Source of the DNA: Camelus dromedarius | Lineage: Eukaryota | Assembly (NCBI RefSeq): GCF_036321535.1 | Contig: NC_087437.1 | Location: 103,170,001-103,234,000 of the forward strand | DNA: 64,000 bases | Direction of reading: 5' to 3' | In this document: positions 1 through 13,200 of the stretch, piece after piece | Layout of the letters: each line of letters starts with the position of its first letter | Position numbering within the stretch: position 1 is the stretch's first letter | Made by a program: the position numbers and the translations under genes | The notes under the pieces: model-generated | What the model was told of the DNA's origin: nothing | Database searches by the model: none | What the model saw: the letters and a program-made list of their open reading frames with translations, nothing else

Positions 1-1017
1 TCCCATGTTTTTGGATTTAAAATTCCTGAGACTCCTGAGTTCTGTAGGTCTAATCTGTTTATCTCCACTTGCCATCTCATCTTTGTATACAGATATTTAT
101 TATTGTTTTGTTATATTTTTACTTTTTTTTCCCAATTTTTAAAACACAGACAATATTAAATTGAATTTATTAATTTATGGATAACCATAGTGTTGACAAT
201 TACTCTTTTAGAAAAATGAGTGTATCCATGTTTTGTACTGAGTAATGATTAGTACTTATAATAAGCTAAACTTCCTGCTTTGTTGTGTGGCTTGTGAGAA
301 AAAAAATCACATTTATCTTGGAAACTGGCTAGTCCCATATGCACACCAGGTGGAAATTTTAAATATAAATTTGTTCCAAAACTTGCTAGTTTTTCCCAAC
401 AAAAACCAGAATAACAAAGGCTACTGAATATGGACAGTGTGGAGTTGTGTATATTGTATAATATACATCTTAAAGAAGAGCTATTTACACATATTATGAG
501 GTGAGTGGCACCTACTGAGGTTATTCAATATGGCAGCTGCTTATTGGTAGGTATTTTTGCATTGCATTAAAGAACCTATTAGAATTGACAAGATAGTTTG
601 ATCCAACCAGTTCTATATTTGGGAAGCATACTACTTGATGTTCACCTCAAAATTTTACTGCTAAAATAATCCACTCATTATGCAAAAGATTTCAGTTTAT
701 TCAACAGTTCCTGGATTCTTCATTGGTAATTGAGGAACTCATTGTATATGTATAGTTCTATGTCTGTAGAGTACATAGTAATGTATGAGGGCATATATCT
801 TTCTATTAAATTGTCCGTTAGTTGTTTTTTTTTTTAATAAAAATACATAATATTGGGCTTCTTTTAATCAGAGTATAAAACTCAGAAAGTAAGTAATTGC
901 TAATGAAAACATTTTATTAAATTATTGCCTGTAATTGTTTCTTCCATGATCACAGTTGAGTATGAAACCTTGTTGTTTTTGTTAGTATTTGAAAAGAAGG
1001 CCCCCCCAAAATAATAA

Positions 1018-1157
1018 GGGGCAGATATAGCTCAATGGTAGAGTGCGTGCTTAGCATGCATGAGGTCCTGGGTTCAATCCCCAGTACCTCCACTGAAATA
1101 AATAAATAAATAACCTCATTACCTCCCTCCCAAAAACAAATTAAAAAAATAAATAAG
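1018..1157 (+). mobile_element. tRNA-Ala-derived SINE (camelid Vic-1 type)
   Basis: Head ggggcagatatagctcaatggtagagtgcgtgcttagcatgcatgaggtcctgggttcaatccccagtacctcca (Pol III A/B boxes, AGC anticodon loop), then (AAAT)n, a taacc..attacctccc motif and an A-rich tail, shared with the other two copies. Confidence 0.9.
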
Positions 1158-3899
1158 CAAAAAGAAGTCCAGTGTTACTTAAAACACAGAGTAAAAATAA
1201 CAAGACTGAGCATCACAACTCAACTAAAGTTAGAGTAAGCCCATAAGTATTTTTTCAGACATGTGTTGCCATGTAATTATGCTACCTAAGTTGTGACTTC
1301 CCTAAATTTGTGGGGAGTTTTCTCTGTTGTGTTATGGTGCAATCAAAAGTGAAGAGATAGTTGATAAGTCTTTATGTTACTTTAAAAGTTCCTTTTTAAT
1401 TTGTGGGGGACTGCACCTCAGAAATTACACCTGCGTAATATATAACATGATCATACTTTTAGGTATTACGTTTCCCCTACTTTCGAACCATACAGACACA
1501 ATGGCTTATTTTAACTACAAAAAGGAATTCCCTGTTTTCTTTTTCTCTTGTCTGTGTTTTCGTGTGTGTTATGTTCTTGAAACATATATTACTATATATT
1601 TTCTTTTGTTTTATGATACATTAGTAGGTACCTTTTATACATAATGAGTAAAGGATTCATGTGGTCCAGTGACATGAACCTGTGATAGTTACTTTATGTT
1701 TGAAGTGCTGTAATATAACGTTTCTCAACAAGCTTCTTTAGCTGCTAATTGTGATGAAATGGGTCTAAAAGTGTTTTTTGAGTTGTCTGTTTTGTTCTTT
1801 AAGTAATCCTATGGTTTCTGAATAGCTGAAAATTATTGTTAACATCATTTCAAATTACACTTTAAGGTTTATTCCAATGTTTCTTTTAATGTTACTTACA
1901 GTTGCCTGAGTGAAACTGAATTTCCCTCTACATATCAGACTATTCAATTTCACAATTTTAGAGGCAATTTGAAATAATCATTATTTAGTGTTAGTGCTAA
2001 ACTGCTACACATTTAAAAAACTTAATAAGTTCCAGTGCTTTTTTAGATTATCAACAAACATTTTTTTTTATGATTGTACTATTTCAAACACAAATATGCC
2101 TAAATAAAGGCTATAATTTCTAAATGGCTATATTTCACATGGTGAAAGATTAAACAGAAATTGACTGCAAAAATAATCTGCCTATGCTAAATGCAAGTGC
2201 AGTAAACTCTTATGAATTGCAAAGAAAGGGGAAAAAGGTAATCCACTAATTTCATATTTTAAGTTAAAGGAAATGTGTTCTAATTTGCGTGTAGTGGAAA
2301 GAGTTCTCTGTGTTAAAATTCAAAACAATAATATCTTGGACTGTTTTCATTGTGCCCACTAAAAAACCCCAAGCTAAATTAGAAATTTATATATAATTGC
2401 AATCTTAATGAATTTAAACTATATAGAACAAAGTATACAGAGAGTTAATCTAAGAGGAAAATTGAGTGGAATAACAATCGTAAATAAAATTACTTGTCTG
2501 CTGGAAACTTTCCCACGTATGTCAAGAAGAAGACAAAATTCATACAAAATTCTGTACTCAGCCTCATCTGTGTTGTAATGATAGAGCTTTTATACAAATA
2601 ATTAAAATTTTTCTCAGTAAAATTAATGAGCTTTCTGTGTGGAATTATAGAAATAAATGGTATAAAAATCAAATGAATGTATATAGGAAAGATGTTTGTG
2701 AAGTGTGAGAAAAAAACATGAATATTTCATGAGTGTTTTATAAGAATTTAATCTACAGGAAAATGAAAGTATTCATAGCTCCTAGAAATTAAAAACAAAA
2801 ATAGAACCCATTTCACTGCTCAAACCTACACTCTTCTGGACACTTGAATATTCAGTGTAAATATGATTTTTCCTAGAAAAAGAATTCCAAATTTTTCTTA
2901 ATTTCAGTGAGGAATCCCTATGGGCTGAACCTCATGACTATCTGGATAGTGAATTTAACTTACAGGGAACTTTAGAAGACATATTTAAATTTTGTTCCCT
3001 TAAATTTTTTGAAATCATGCCCAATATATTTCACTATTTAAAATTATTTGATTTTTATTAGTAAAGTTTATTATGGTGAACACTTTATTTTCTCTATTAT
3101 TGTATATAAATAATCTCAAAGTTTAAAAAGAATATATAGAGCTTTTCCTTTATATATCAAGTGGCTCAAGATTCTTTCATTGAGAAGGTTTGGATGCCTT
3201 CTTCAACAGTACCATTCTAGGAGGGGAGGATGAACACCATGGACTGACTTGATCAGAAGTGGTTTTAGAGACTAGCACCCCTCTGCTTCTCAGCTCTTTA
3301 ATGTCATGCGTGGCACAAGGGGATCATGTCCTTACTTTTTCTTACTGTTGCCATTCCATGTGCTCTTTTCCTACATATCAAGGTCTGATTGACACTTTAA
3401 TAATGCACTGCTTTAATTTTTGTCACTATTTTAAAAAATTACTATTTCATATAGCTGTGATATTTAAAATAGGATTCTCATATTCTAAGATATGTAAAAG
3501 ATCAGCCATTAGGGTGCATAAGGGTAAACTGAAAAAAAAAATCCATTTCTCCTGTCAAATTATTTAAATTATGATTCAAATAATCACATTTAATACGTGA
3601 AAAACACTAAGTATATATGAATATGCAAGTGTGTACTGTGTGTACGTATGTGTGTGCCTCATGTGTCTTTTCTTCTTCATCTCACAACATTCCCCTAGAT
3701 GAACACTTGAGACAGCAGAGCCAGCCCACTCATTGTGCCAGGCAAGCATCCTACTTTCTTATGGCCATGCTTGAATTTATGTTACTCCTTCCACTCTTTT
3801 TTATCCATCCTTTAGGGCCCAATATAAACTTGAGCGACTTTGTAAAAATTTATTTAATTATCTTTTAGTAGAAATATTTTACATTCTTTTCCAACTCTT

Positions 3900-4028
3900 T
3901 AGTAAATATTACTTACACTAGTCTTAAGACATGAACCACATCTCTCTGTCTTTACTGCACAGCTGAGAACCTGGGTACCATGTTGTGTAGATCATTGAAT
4001 ATTCTGTATCATCTGAGATGAATGAATC
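3900..4028 (+). mobile_element. L2 3' end remnant
   Basis: …ctgtctttactgcacagctgagaacctgggtacc…gatcattgaatattctg…gatgaatgaat, an L2 terminal pattern. Confidence 0.5.
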
Positions 4029-4169
4029 ACTTAATTACTAAGTCTGCTTATATTCAAATAAAATTATGTTATTAACTATTTCCAAACACCTGTGAGTTAT
4101 TACCATGGCCAAGCTAAATTAAATAAAACCATCTAAGTAAGTTGGTTGTTTTCTTCTTTTTTTCTAAGT

Positions 4170-4848
4170 AATTTCTTATTTTATTGCATTTTCCAGATAT
4201 TTTTACATAACTTACAGAAAGACAATTGACTTTTTTCTATGTTAGTTTTACATCTAGAAAGTTTGCTAAGCTCTCTTATTAATTTTAATAAATTGTCCCA
4301 TGGAGTCTTTTCAGTTTTCTATGTTGACAAATCATGTGTGAATGATAACAGTTATTTCCTTTGACAATTTGAGACTTTTTTTTCCTTTTCTTATCTGCTG
4401 GTCAGGGACTCTGGTATGATGTTGGCTAGAAGATATTTTTGAATATTTTACAAAGACTTAACGTTTAGCTTTGTTTCTTCTCTATTGTATTTTTTCAAAA
4501 CATATTGTATTGTTTTCTGCTCTGGTCTCTATTATTTCCTTCCTTTTACTTTCTTTGGACATATTTCGCTTCTGTTTTCCTACTTTCTTTGTAGGCTGCT
4601 TAGCTCATGCATGTCAAAAATGAAGTAAGATTCCACTTCACATGCATCACATTGTCAAAGAGGCTGATAAGAATGTTGGTAAACATGTGGTGCAACTGCA
4701 ACTGATGTAGATTTCAAGCAGAAATGTACATTGGTACAAGCACTTTGAAAAACAGATCAAAGTTTAATATGCACATACTCAATGCTTCTTCAGTTATATT
4801 CCTGTATATATTTCCTGGAGGAATTCTTGAACAAGTAGATCAGGAAGC
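4170..4848. mobile_element. Fragmented ancient L1 remnants in mixed orientation
   Basis: 4170-4610 resembles antisense L1 ORF2 (caattgacttttt…tttgctaagctctcttattaatttt). 4620-4848 resembles sense L1ME C-terminal region (gaatgttggtaaacatgtgg…cattggtacaagcactttgaaaaac). Confidence 0.6.
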
Positions 4849-4915
4849 GTGATGGTTAATATTATGTGTTGAGTTGACTGGGCCAAGGGTGCCTAAATAT
4901 TTGGTCCAACATTGT
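4849..4915 (+). mobile_element. MLT2 (ERVL) LTR 5' fragment
   Basis: gtgatggttaatattatgtgttgagttgactgggccaagggtgcctaaatatttggtccaacatt matches the characteristic MLT2 LTR start (TGTGATGGTTAATTTTATGTGTCAACTTGACTGGGCC…). Confidence 0.7.
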
Positions 4916-5834
4916 TGAAGTGCAGGTTTGTTTTCTTCTTTCCTTGGAATTTTCAGTTTTCACAAGCTTTTCTGGGAACTACTGTTATATAATAATCTGT
5001 CATATAAAACCTAATTCACTTCATATGAATAAACCTTCATGCCACCTATTAAAATTAAAAAAATATATATATATATAGTAGCATTTTTTAAATATTGTAA
5101 GTCTAGACAAAAGTAGACTATTGATAAAATGGAGATAGCTATTTCTCCCACTCTAAAAAGCAGTCTTAATTATTCCTAATTTTTCCCCCACTCTTTATAC
5201 CAAAAGGCAGCACTCAGTCACCGTATGACAGACACATGTTGCTGGTACTGGCTCACCTAACATTAAAGAAGGAAGATAATCTCCTTAGGTGACAGAGCAT
5301 GTCTGTACGATTCTGGTGACTTGGACGTGTCGATGGACAGGGTATTTCTCAAGTGACAGAAAAATGAATGTACTCCATTAAGCTGCTTCCATTGGGAATA
5401 TTTTGCCAGAAGTCTTAACCCCCACAACTGGATATGGCTGTCACACAGGAACACATAGAAAGTAAGAACTTTGGATTTGGGATTCAAGGCATGTGATCTT
5501 CTGTCCAGGGTCGCATTGTCTTATCTCCTTACCTATTGGTGAGATCTCTCATCCTACATTCTGTATCTTCAACTCTTTGCCTCAACTGATGATTCTCTCT
5601 TAATCCTAAAAATATTTGTTTTGTATTTCCTATTTCTTGATGCTCAAATTATAGTTATTTTAGTGACTGTGCCTCTTCCTTCATTTTATGAAGTAGGAGT
5701 TTAGTGATGACTCCGTCTCTTATGACTGTTATTTGGGGCAGTTTATTTATTACCTCTGGTATGTATAAATACATACACATTCTGGTTAACATGAGTGACT
5801 CCTGCTTGATCATTTTAATTGAAATAATACGTGC

Positions 5835-6190
5835 TCATTCATTTAGTCTGACAAAATATTTGGACATATCAATTATATCCAGGAAGATTTTAGGTACTAG
5901 GATACACCAGTGCAAAATGGTAGTCTTTGTCATCATGGAGTTTACATTCTAGTGGGAGAAGCTATATTTAGTGAATAACATTATATTATTGTGTAGTATA
6001 GTACATTATGGTATATTACATAACATTTAATATAGAAAGATATATGTTAGATATAAAAAACAGATAGTGATATGAAATATGAAGACAAATGAAAAAGAGC
6101 TTCAGATGGAATGTGACTAGAGGTGGGAGTCCAGGGCAATTTTAGAAAGAGTGGTCAGGGTAGGACTCTGAGGAGTCCTGAATGAAACAA
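5835..6190 (-). mobile_element. L2 3' end remnant
   Basis: cattcattt…caaaatatttgg…taggtactaggatacaccagtg…tcatggagtttacattctagtgggaga is the antisense L2a tail pattern. Confidence 0.7.
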
Positions 6191-6827
6191 AATTTGTTAC
6201 ATGAAACAAAATTCTGGTGTTACTAAGGTAAAACTTGTTTCCTTTTATTAACTGTTTAGTAAGTATAGAGAATATTCAGTGTATTGTACTACTTTATATA
6301 AATTTTGTTTTCTTTTTCTAGACTGAGTGAATGCTTTTGTGCTGTTTTTGAAATCCTCAGTTTTCAGTAGGTCTTAAAATATTAACATATGTTTTTCTGC
6401 TCTATATCTTTTTGAGTTCCTCTTTAAACTATAAAAATATGTTTATTGTTAGATTTTCTCTTTTTTGGTGGGATGTTTTGATTCACACTATATGGAAATC
6501 TATGACAATTCATCATGCTGTGGGATTTTTAAAAATTTTTTAAATGGTATGATGAAAATAAGTTATTACTTGCTCTATCTAAGATTCCTACCAACACACT
6601 GTGGAAATTCACTGATGTGATTTTGTAGAAATAGGGCCACATTCCCTTTTATAATACAAATACAGAGCCAGAAATCAGATTTTTGGTATGTTAATCCCAA
6701 AATTATAGAGTAGCATTCAATTTGTAATATATTAAACAACTAGTGCTTACAATACGCCAAACACTGTTCGATATAGTGAGAGTATGAAAACAAAAATAAT
6801 CCTTCCCAGTCCTTCTTGTTAAATTGA

Positions 6828-6871
6828 GTGTGTGTGTGTGTGTGTGTCTGTCTGTCTGTCTGTCTGTCTGT
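6828..6871 (+). repeat. Compound microsatellite (GT)10(CTGT)6
   Basis: Directly visible. Confidence 0.95.
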
Positions 6872-7210
6872 TACACAGTGGGCTTTTATTTCCTCTGATT
6901 TTTTGCCAACTGCACTATAGCAGATAAAGTCAGTGAATACTTTTGGATCCCACATCTCATTAGCTGTTTCTTCCACCTGCTTTTATTATTCTTTATGATA
7001 GATTCAAGATATAATTTCCTTCTTTAAGGTGTTATTATCCTCACCTTATATATGGTGCAGCTAATAAATATGAACATCTGTCCTACAACTCACGTATTAC
7101 ACCTTGAAATTAAAGTAAAAAGGAAACTCCTTGAATTTGTCCCTCTCTCAAAAGATAGTAATCTCAGTAAAGCTGAACTTTTGTGATTCTAAGTTAAAAA
7201 GCTTATTCAA

Positions 7211-7312
7211 GGGTAATCATTCCACAATATTTAAGTATATCAAATCTTCACGCTGTGTATTTTAAATTTACACAATGTTATCTGTTGATTATATTTCAAT
7301 AAAATTGGAAAT
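7211..7312 (+). mobile_element. L1 extreme 3' end fragment
   Basis: ggtaatcattccacaatatttaagtatatcaaatc…tttacacaatgttatctgttgattatatttcaataaaattgg is the typical L1MA/MB terminal sequence. Confidence 0.75.
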
Positions 7313-7609
7313 TTAATTAATTAATTAGAAACTCAAGGGGGAAAAGAAAAGCATGTTCAAGATAGCTTCAAAAATGTAAGTGTTCAAATGAACCTGCCTC
7401 AATATAAATATTAGTCTAGTAAATCATCTAACCTATAGCAGTTTAAAAAATTCAGTTTTAAGGAGATAACACCTGTGGTTTCAAATATCAAGTATTCAAA
7501 TTTCTTAATAAAGAAAAAGATTTATATAACAGAAACAGATTGCACTTGCCTTTGTTATTAAGCAGGTGGTTAGTACCATTATTTTCATTTTCAAAGGCTT
7601 GATATACAT

Positions 7610-8810
7610 TTTCTATCTTGAAATTCATTGAGCTTCTTGAATGTTTACATTCTTGGCTGAAGCTTTCAGGTGTTAATTCTTCAATATTCTCTCTGTCCCT
7701 TTTTCTCTCTCTTCTCTTTCTGGAACTTTTATAGTATGATATTGGTTCAGTTGGTTGTGTACATGTCCCCTGGTCCCTTAGGCTCTGTTTGTATTTTTTT
7801 TCAATCTTTTTCTCCTCTGTTCCTCAGATTTAAGAATTTTCATTGTCCTATCTTTAAATTCACTGATTCTTTCTTCTGTCCTTTCACATCTGCCTGCAAA
7901 TCCCTCTAATGAATCTTTCATTCCACTTATTACACTTTTAAGCTTCAGAATTATGTTTTGGTTTCTCTTTTTATTGGTATTTCCATTTTGGTCATCATTG
8001 TTTTTTTGACTTTGTCCACATCTTTCCTTTAGTTATTTAAGCATCTTTAACATAGTTGTTTAAAAGTCTTTATCTAGTATATCTGTCATGATGTATTTTT
8101 CAGGGACAATTTCTGTTGGTTTAATTCTTTTTTGAATGGGCCATACTTCTCTGTTTCTTTGCATGCCTTGTGATTTTATGTTGAAAACTGGGCATTTGAA
8201 TTTAATAATGTGGTGACTCTGAAAATTAGATGCTTCCTCTTTCCCTGGTGTGTACTCTTTTTCTTATTGTTCTTATTTATTGTTTTGATTTTTTTTTTAA
8301 TATTGTTGTAGGCTGTGTTTTTGTCAAGGATCAGACTAAAACATAACCTAAAGTCTTCTCAGAGTGCCAGTCCTTTAGACTCCCAGGGAGTCATCTCATC
8401 CAGAGGATGGCAGCAACGATGAGGAGAGGTGCACCAGCAATGGCTGCCCGCCTCTTTGTCGGCACCTCTGTGATCAAAAGCAGCAAAGATCAGAGCAAGA
8501 TCCCTGATATTTGGAAGATAGAATCCTTTTTACCCATGTGGCTCCCACAAGCTATGTGCAGGTTGCTCCAGGAACATATGTACAGTTGCCTACTACTTGG
8601 CTAGGGTAGGGATGGTAGCCACTAACAGCTGAAATGACTAAAATTTACCCTAATTTGCTGGCCATTTCTTCCTCTGGAAGTTGCAAGCTTTTAATAGGCT
8701 CTAGAATTCCAAAGTATTTCCATCAAACAGATTCTTCCAGTTCAACTGTTGTCCAAGTGGGGAGACAGATTCCTGATGCTTCCTACTCTGCCTAGACTCC
8801 TCCCTTAACA
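7610..8810 (-). mobile_element. Old LINE-1 (L1M-type) 5'/ORF1 region remnant
   Basis: Pyrimidine-rich antisense L1 ORF1 pattern (cattgagcttcttgaatg…ttctctctgtccct…tcactgattctttcttctg…aatccctctaatgaatctttcattt), followed by a GC-richer 5'UTR-like part. Confidence 0.7.
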
Positions 8811-10189
8811 TTTGCATATCTTAGTATTTACTGAAACTGTAATTTATGGACATTCTTTCTTTGCACTTTAAAATTTAAGATTCATTTTTTAAAAATTTTT
8901 ATGAGAGATTCCAGTGGAATTGTTCAGATGAGCATCTTCAGTTTACATGAAGTATTCATAAGAAAAGAATTATGCACATGAATATTTAACCATGGAATTA
9001 TCTGTTTCATAATTTAGATTCTCCAAAAAACATATTTTAAAATACTCCAGGTCAAAATAGTTTCATAGTATTCAAAGTAGTTATGTAAAAATATAATGTA
9101 ATGTTTTTATTAAATGCTGAAAATATTATTTACAGATACATTTTTATCTTTAGTTTTTCGGGATATGAAAATCTCTAAAATATGAGTGGTAAGCATTCAT
9201 ATTAATTTATTTGAAACAAGATACAGAAAGGAACATATATGATCCCAAATACCTAGAGGAAGTAGAATGTTTCCATGTCCTGAAATTCATTGTAAAATAA
9301 CAAGCATGAATAGAACTAAAGGAGATGTCTGGATTCACTATAGAGAAAATCATGGCCTCTCCAGGAGAAATTCTGAGTAATGATATGAACTTTAAAAAAA
9401 TAGTATGTACTTCCTTGATAATGGAGAAAGAAAAAAAAATTAAAGAAGGTAGGGTGCAAAAAACGGCCAAAGTTGCATTGGTGCGTTGGTTCAGAATCTT
9501 ACTCACATTCAAAGGGAAATTCTGGGCTGTGTGGTTTGGTGTGTTGCATAATAGAGGACATAAATGATAAAGCAAGATGGGTTCATTCCTCCTCATTTGG
9601 AAATGTGGCTGGGAACCTTGAATGGGATACGTGAAAAAAACTGACTGATACAGCATTTAAAAATACATAAAAATGACCAAATAAATTGGCCAAAATGCAC
9701 AATAGGCAGAAGCGGCTAGTAATGAGTATCTTCTACTGTGAGAAGCTTAAGAATCTGAATGCTTACTGATCAGATAGTTTAATCTGACTTTGCTCTGAAT
9801 CTCTCATTAATGCGAATTACTGTAATTTTAATGTGCTCCTGTGAACTACAGGAAAAATCAGAGTTGTATCCATTTTATAGTGCTGGGATTTTAAGATCAT
9901 CAGCATGGATTTACATTGTTCCTTCTAATGAGAATCCAGAAACTCTTAATTAAAATATTCTGAGAAAGAGGTTGTGCCCTCTAATAGCTTAAATTAAATA
10001 TTTAAAAGTATATACAGAATTATCATTTTTATTAGTTTATCATTTATTTGTATATGTAATTAATATCTTTGGGAAGAGAGAATACATTTTCCTTACATTC
10101 AGGTTAATGAGGACTTTTTAGATTCCTTTTTTACAAATGGCTTTCTGTGCTCTGGATTAATAGGCCAGGATGCAACTGTGGGACAATGC

Positions 10190-10285
10190 AAAGCTTTAAG
10201 ACAGAATCCAAGCTTGCTACTTCTTGGCTGTTTGATCCTTCTGAGCCTCCATTTATTTATCTGTGAAACGGAGACTGTAACCAAA
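10190..10285 (+). mobile_element. MIR fragment
   Basis: ctacttcttggctgtttgatccttctgagcctccatttatttatctgtgaaacggaga resembles the MIR core. Confidence 0.55.
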
Positions 10286-13200
10286 CTGGTTTAGTCTAAG
10301 TATTCAATGATATACTATCAAATGAGATTTAAATGGTGGATTTTCTGCACAAACAAAAACTTTTACTTGAAGAAGTAAAATGTTACTTTAAATGTTTAGC
10401 AACACAAGAATAGAATTAACTAAGTAATTAAAGATAACACCTATAGATTTAGCAAGTGTCCTTTCTGTGTCAGCTTTTTGAAAATGATGTTTTGTTTGGC
10501 ATATTTTTTAAAATGTCAATTCAAAAACCCTTTATTGAATTCCTATTCTGCTTTTGAAATATGTAGGCTTTGTGAGGGCTGGAGACAATATATATGATAT
10601 GTATGACATGTGCTCTGTTTAGAAGATTCTTACAATAAAAAGCTTTTCACCGTAAAACAGCCAAATACAAAAACAGAGAGCATAATCAATAATAGAAAAA
10701 AAATATATAAATGCTATTAGGAGGTTAAATAGCTAAAATGAAGCTTCGAGTTTCTATAGTTGTGGTGCAGGGAGGGGCATTTAACTACAAAAGCTAAACT
10801 TACGCTCTCAATTCCTGCTTTCCCCCAAAAAATGGGGGTAAAAGAGCTTATAACAGAAAGAATTTTGTGGGCATAGACATTTTAAGAAATTAGCATATTT
10901 GTGAGTGAAAAATAATGTTCTGATTACTTTTAATCATCAGGAGGTTTTATGAGTATTTTATAAAAACCTATTGTTTTAGACTAGAAGAAAATTTTGGGTA
11001 ATTATATATCTATCATATTTTACATATTAAGTGGATCCTAAAAATAAACAATTGAACTCTCCTTGGATAAATAATTTTTATATGCTAACAAATGTTATAT
11101 TTGAAATGAAAAAATGTATGAATAGCTTATGAAAAAAATTTTGATGGAACTTTTCTATTTTTAAATCAAGGTTTTTATATAGATAGTATATTTCAAGGAA
11201 AAGCCATTTAACTTCAAGTGACATTAAGTACTTCTTGTGTAAAATCTTGTATCAGTTAAAACTCAATTGTTAAGTTGTTTTATTGTTTTTATGCATAGTT
11301 TATACTCATGATGAAAAAGAACATAAAAAGCAGTACCGTAAAGAGAAAATTATGAAAATTCAGAAATGATGAACTCAGATTTTAAAAATGTCAACAACGT
11401 ATTGCTTTGACTCAAAGCCCCACACAAACAGCACTAAATCATTTGATTAATTTTTATTTCTACTGTTTATCAAAATATGTATCCATAGGAATTATTTATT
11501 CCAAAGAATCTATCCATAAATGTTATTTATATTATAGCATACATCCATACAATTACATATCACGATCCATAAACGTCTCTAAGATTATTTTAGAAAGGTG
11601 AGAGATGAGATCATATTCTTTTGCAACTAAAGGATTATTGAAATACAATATAATTTGTACAAAAATACAAATTTATGTTTTCATAATAAATGAAACTATA
11701 ATTGAACTGAGATTATTATTTACATAAACTTCTTAAGTAAACTTAAAGATGATTTGTGTTAATAATGAAATTGTCCCTGAAGTCATTCTTGTGTATATAA
11801 AGACTAACTGAAGTCAGAGTATTAAAAAAAAAATCTACGTTATGGATAAAACAGATAAAAAATTACTTTTATTTTTATTCAAGCCTGTTACAGACTTCTG
11901 CAGAAAGGAGTCAGAGAATTCTTTCTCTGTTAAAAAAAAAGGAAAAATGAAAAGAAAAATAGCTTTTTATTGGCTTGTTTTAATTGTTTAGAGAGCAAAA
12001 GTTGAATCTTAGGTGAGAAACTTCAGGGATTTCATTATATTTTCAGATTTATCTAAGGAGATTAACAGCAAGTGTAATTTTGAATGATTAGTTCTTTCCT
12101 GCCTATGCTTTGTGATTTCTCGTAGCTATCTGACATGTTTCACAGTTCTTGACAACCTGAACAGTTCCATTTTAGGTGGATGATACAGCGGTTCTGCACC
12201 GAGGGAGCCCTTATCTGCTTACGCTGAAAGGCAGGAAAAACCCATGGAGAGATCTGGAGTTTGAGAGTGAAGAGAGCGTGGCAAGGTTTAATATCACTTT
12301 AGACCTTCGCTCAGCCTAATTAGTTTGCAAACATGTAATTTATGTTGCTCCAAGGGTTGTAAACATTCTATAGCCTCAGCTTCTCTTGACAGCCAAGGGG
12401 AGGAATTTACAATCCGTTATCTGAACAAACAGAACTTACTTTGTTCAACTTCTTTTAATAAAGTCTGATTCCCTTCTTAAAGAGAGACTTCAACTTCAAA
12501 TTTTTCTCTCTAGTAATATCATGTCCATACTTGTAAAAATAATGCAAAAAAAAATTCCTATTTTCCTATCATTTGCCAGTTTAAATGTCATTGTTTTTAA
12601 TGTATTTCAATATTTTGCTATAGTATTTTGCACTTATAGCCAGGTGACAAAATGATCATTTATGAAACTCAGTTATATTTAAATCAAGCAGGAACATTAA
12701 ATTAGTGAAGGAAACCAGATTCTTTACAGAACTTACCCCTGTTGCCATGCCAAAGAAAAATTCATGATTGTTTATAATTTTCAGAATTGCATTATGGTTT
12801 CCACATCATGCTGACTGAATATAACCATAAAAAAACCTTAATGTATGTCATTTGTCCTTAGAGAACTGTCAGTGGTTTGTAATCAGACCTACTTTCACCT
12901 CATTTTTGAGTTTGAATTTCTAATAAATTATAGAGAAAGAACCCATCTCACACCTTAGTTTGTGGTTCTTTTGTTCTATTGTATGGACACATTTGGAGAA
13001 AGAAAGTCTTCCATTAACTAACTTCATAATTTGAGGCACTGTATTATAGAGTACACAGCCTTTGGATTTCAAGTGGTGGTTTGCTTTCGAGCCCTACCTT
13101 GTGTATTCAGAAGCCCTATGTTTGGTAATATGCCAGTACATTACAGGTGATTTAATGTATATATATACTCCCATTTAAGAAAGGCAAGTCAAATTACAGA

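Noticed and set aside
1018..1092. tRNA-Ala(AGC)-like gene ending in CCA
   Set aside because: The acceptor stem is disrupted, and it continues into the same tail as the copies at 16815 and 17997, so it is a SINE head rather than a tRNA gene.
9207..9656. Longest ORF in the track (149 aa, minus strand)
   Set aside because: No recognisable domain or splice context, and composition is typical of random AT-rich intron.
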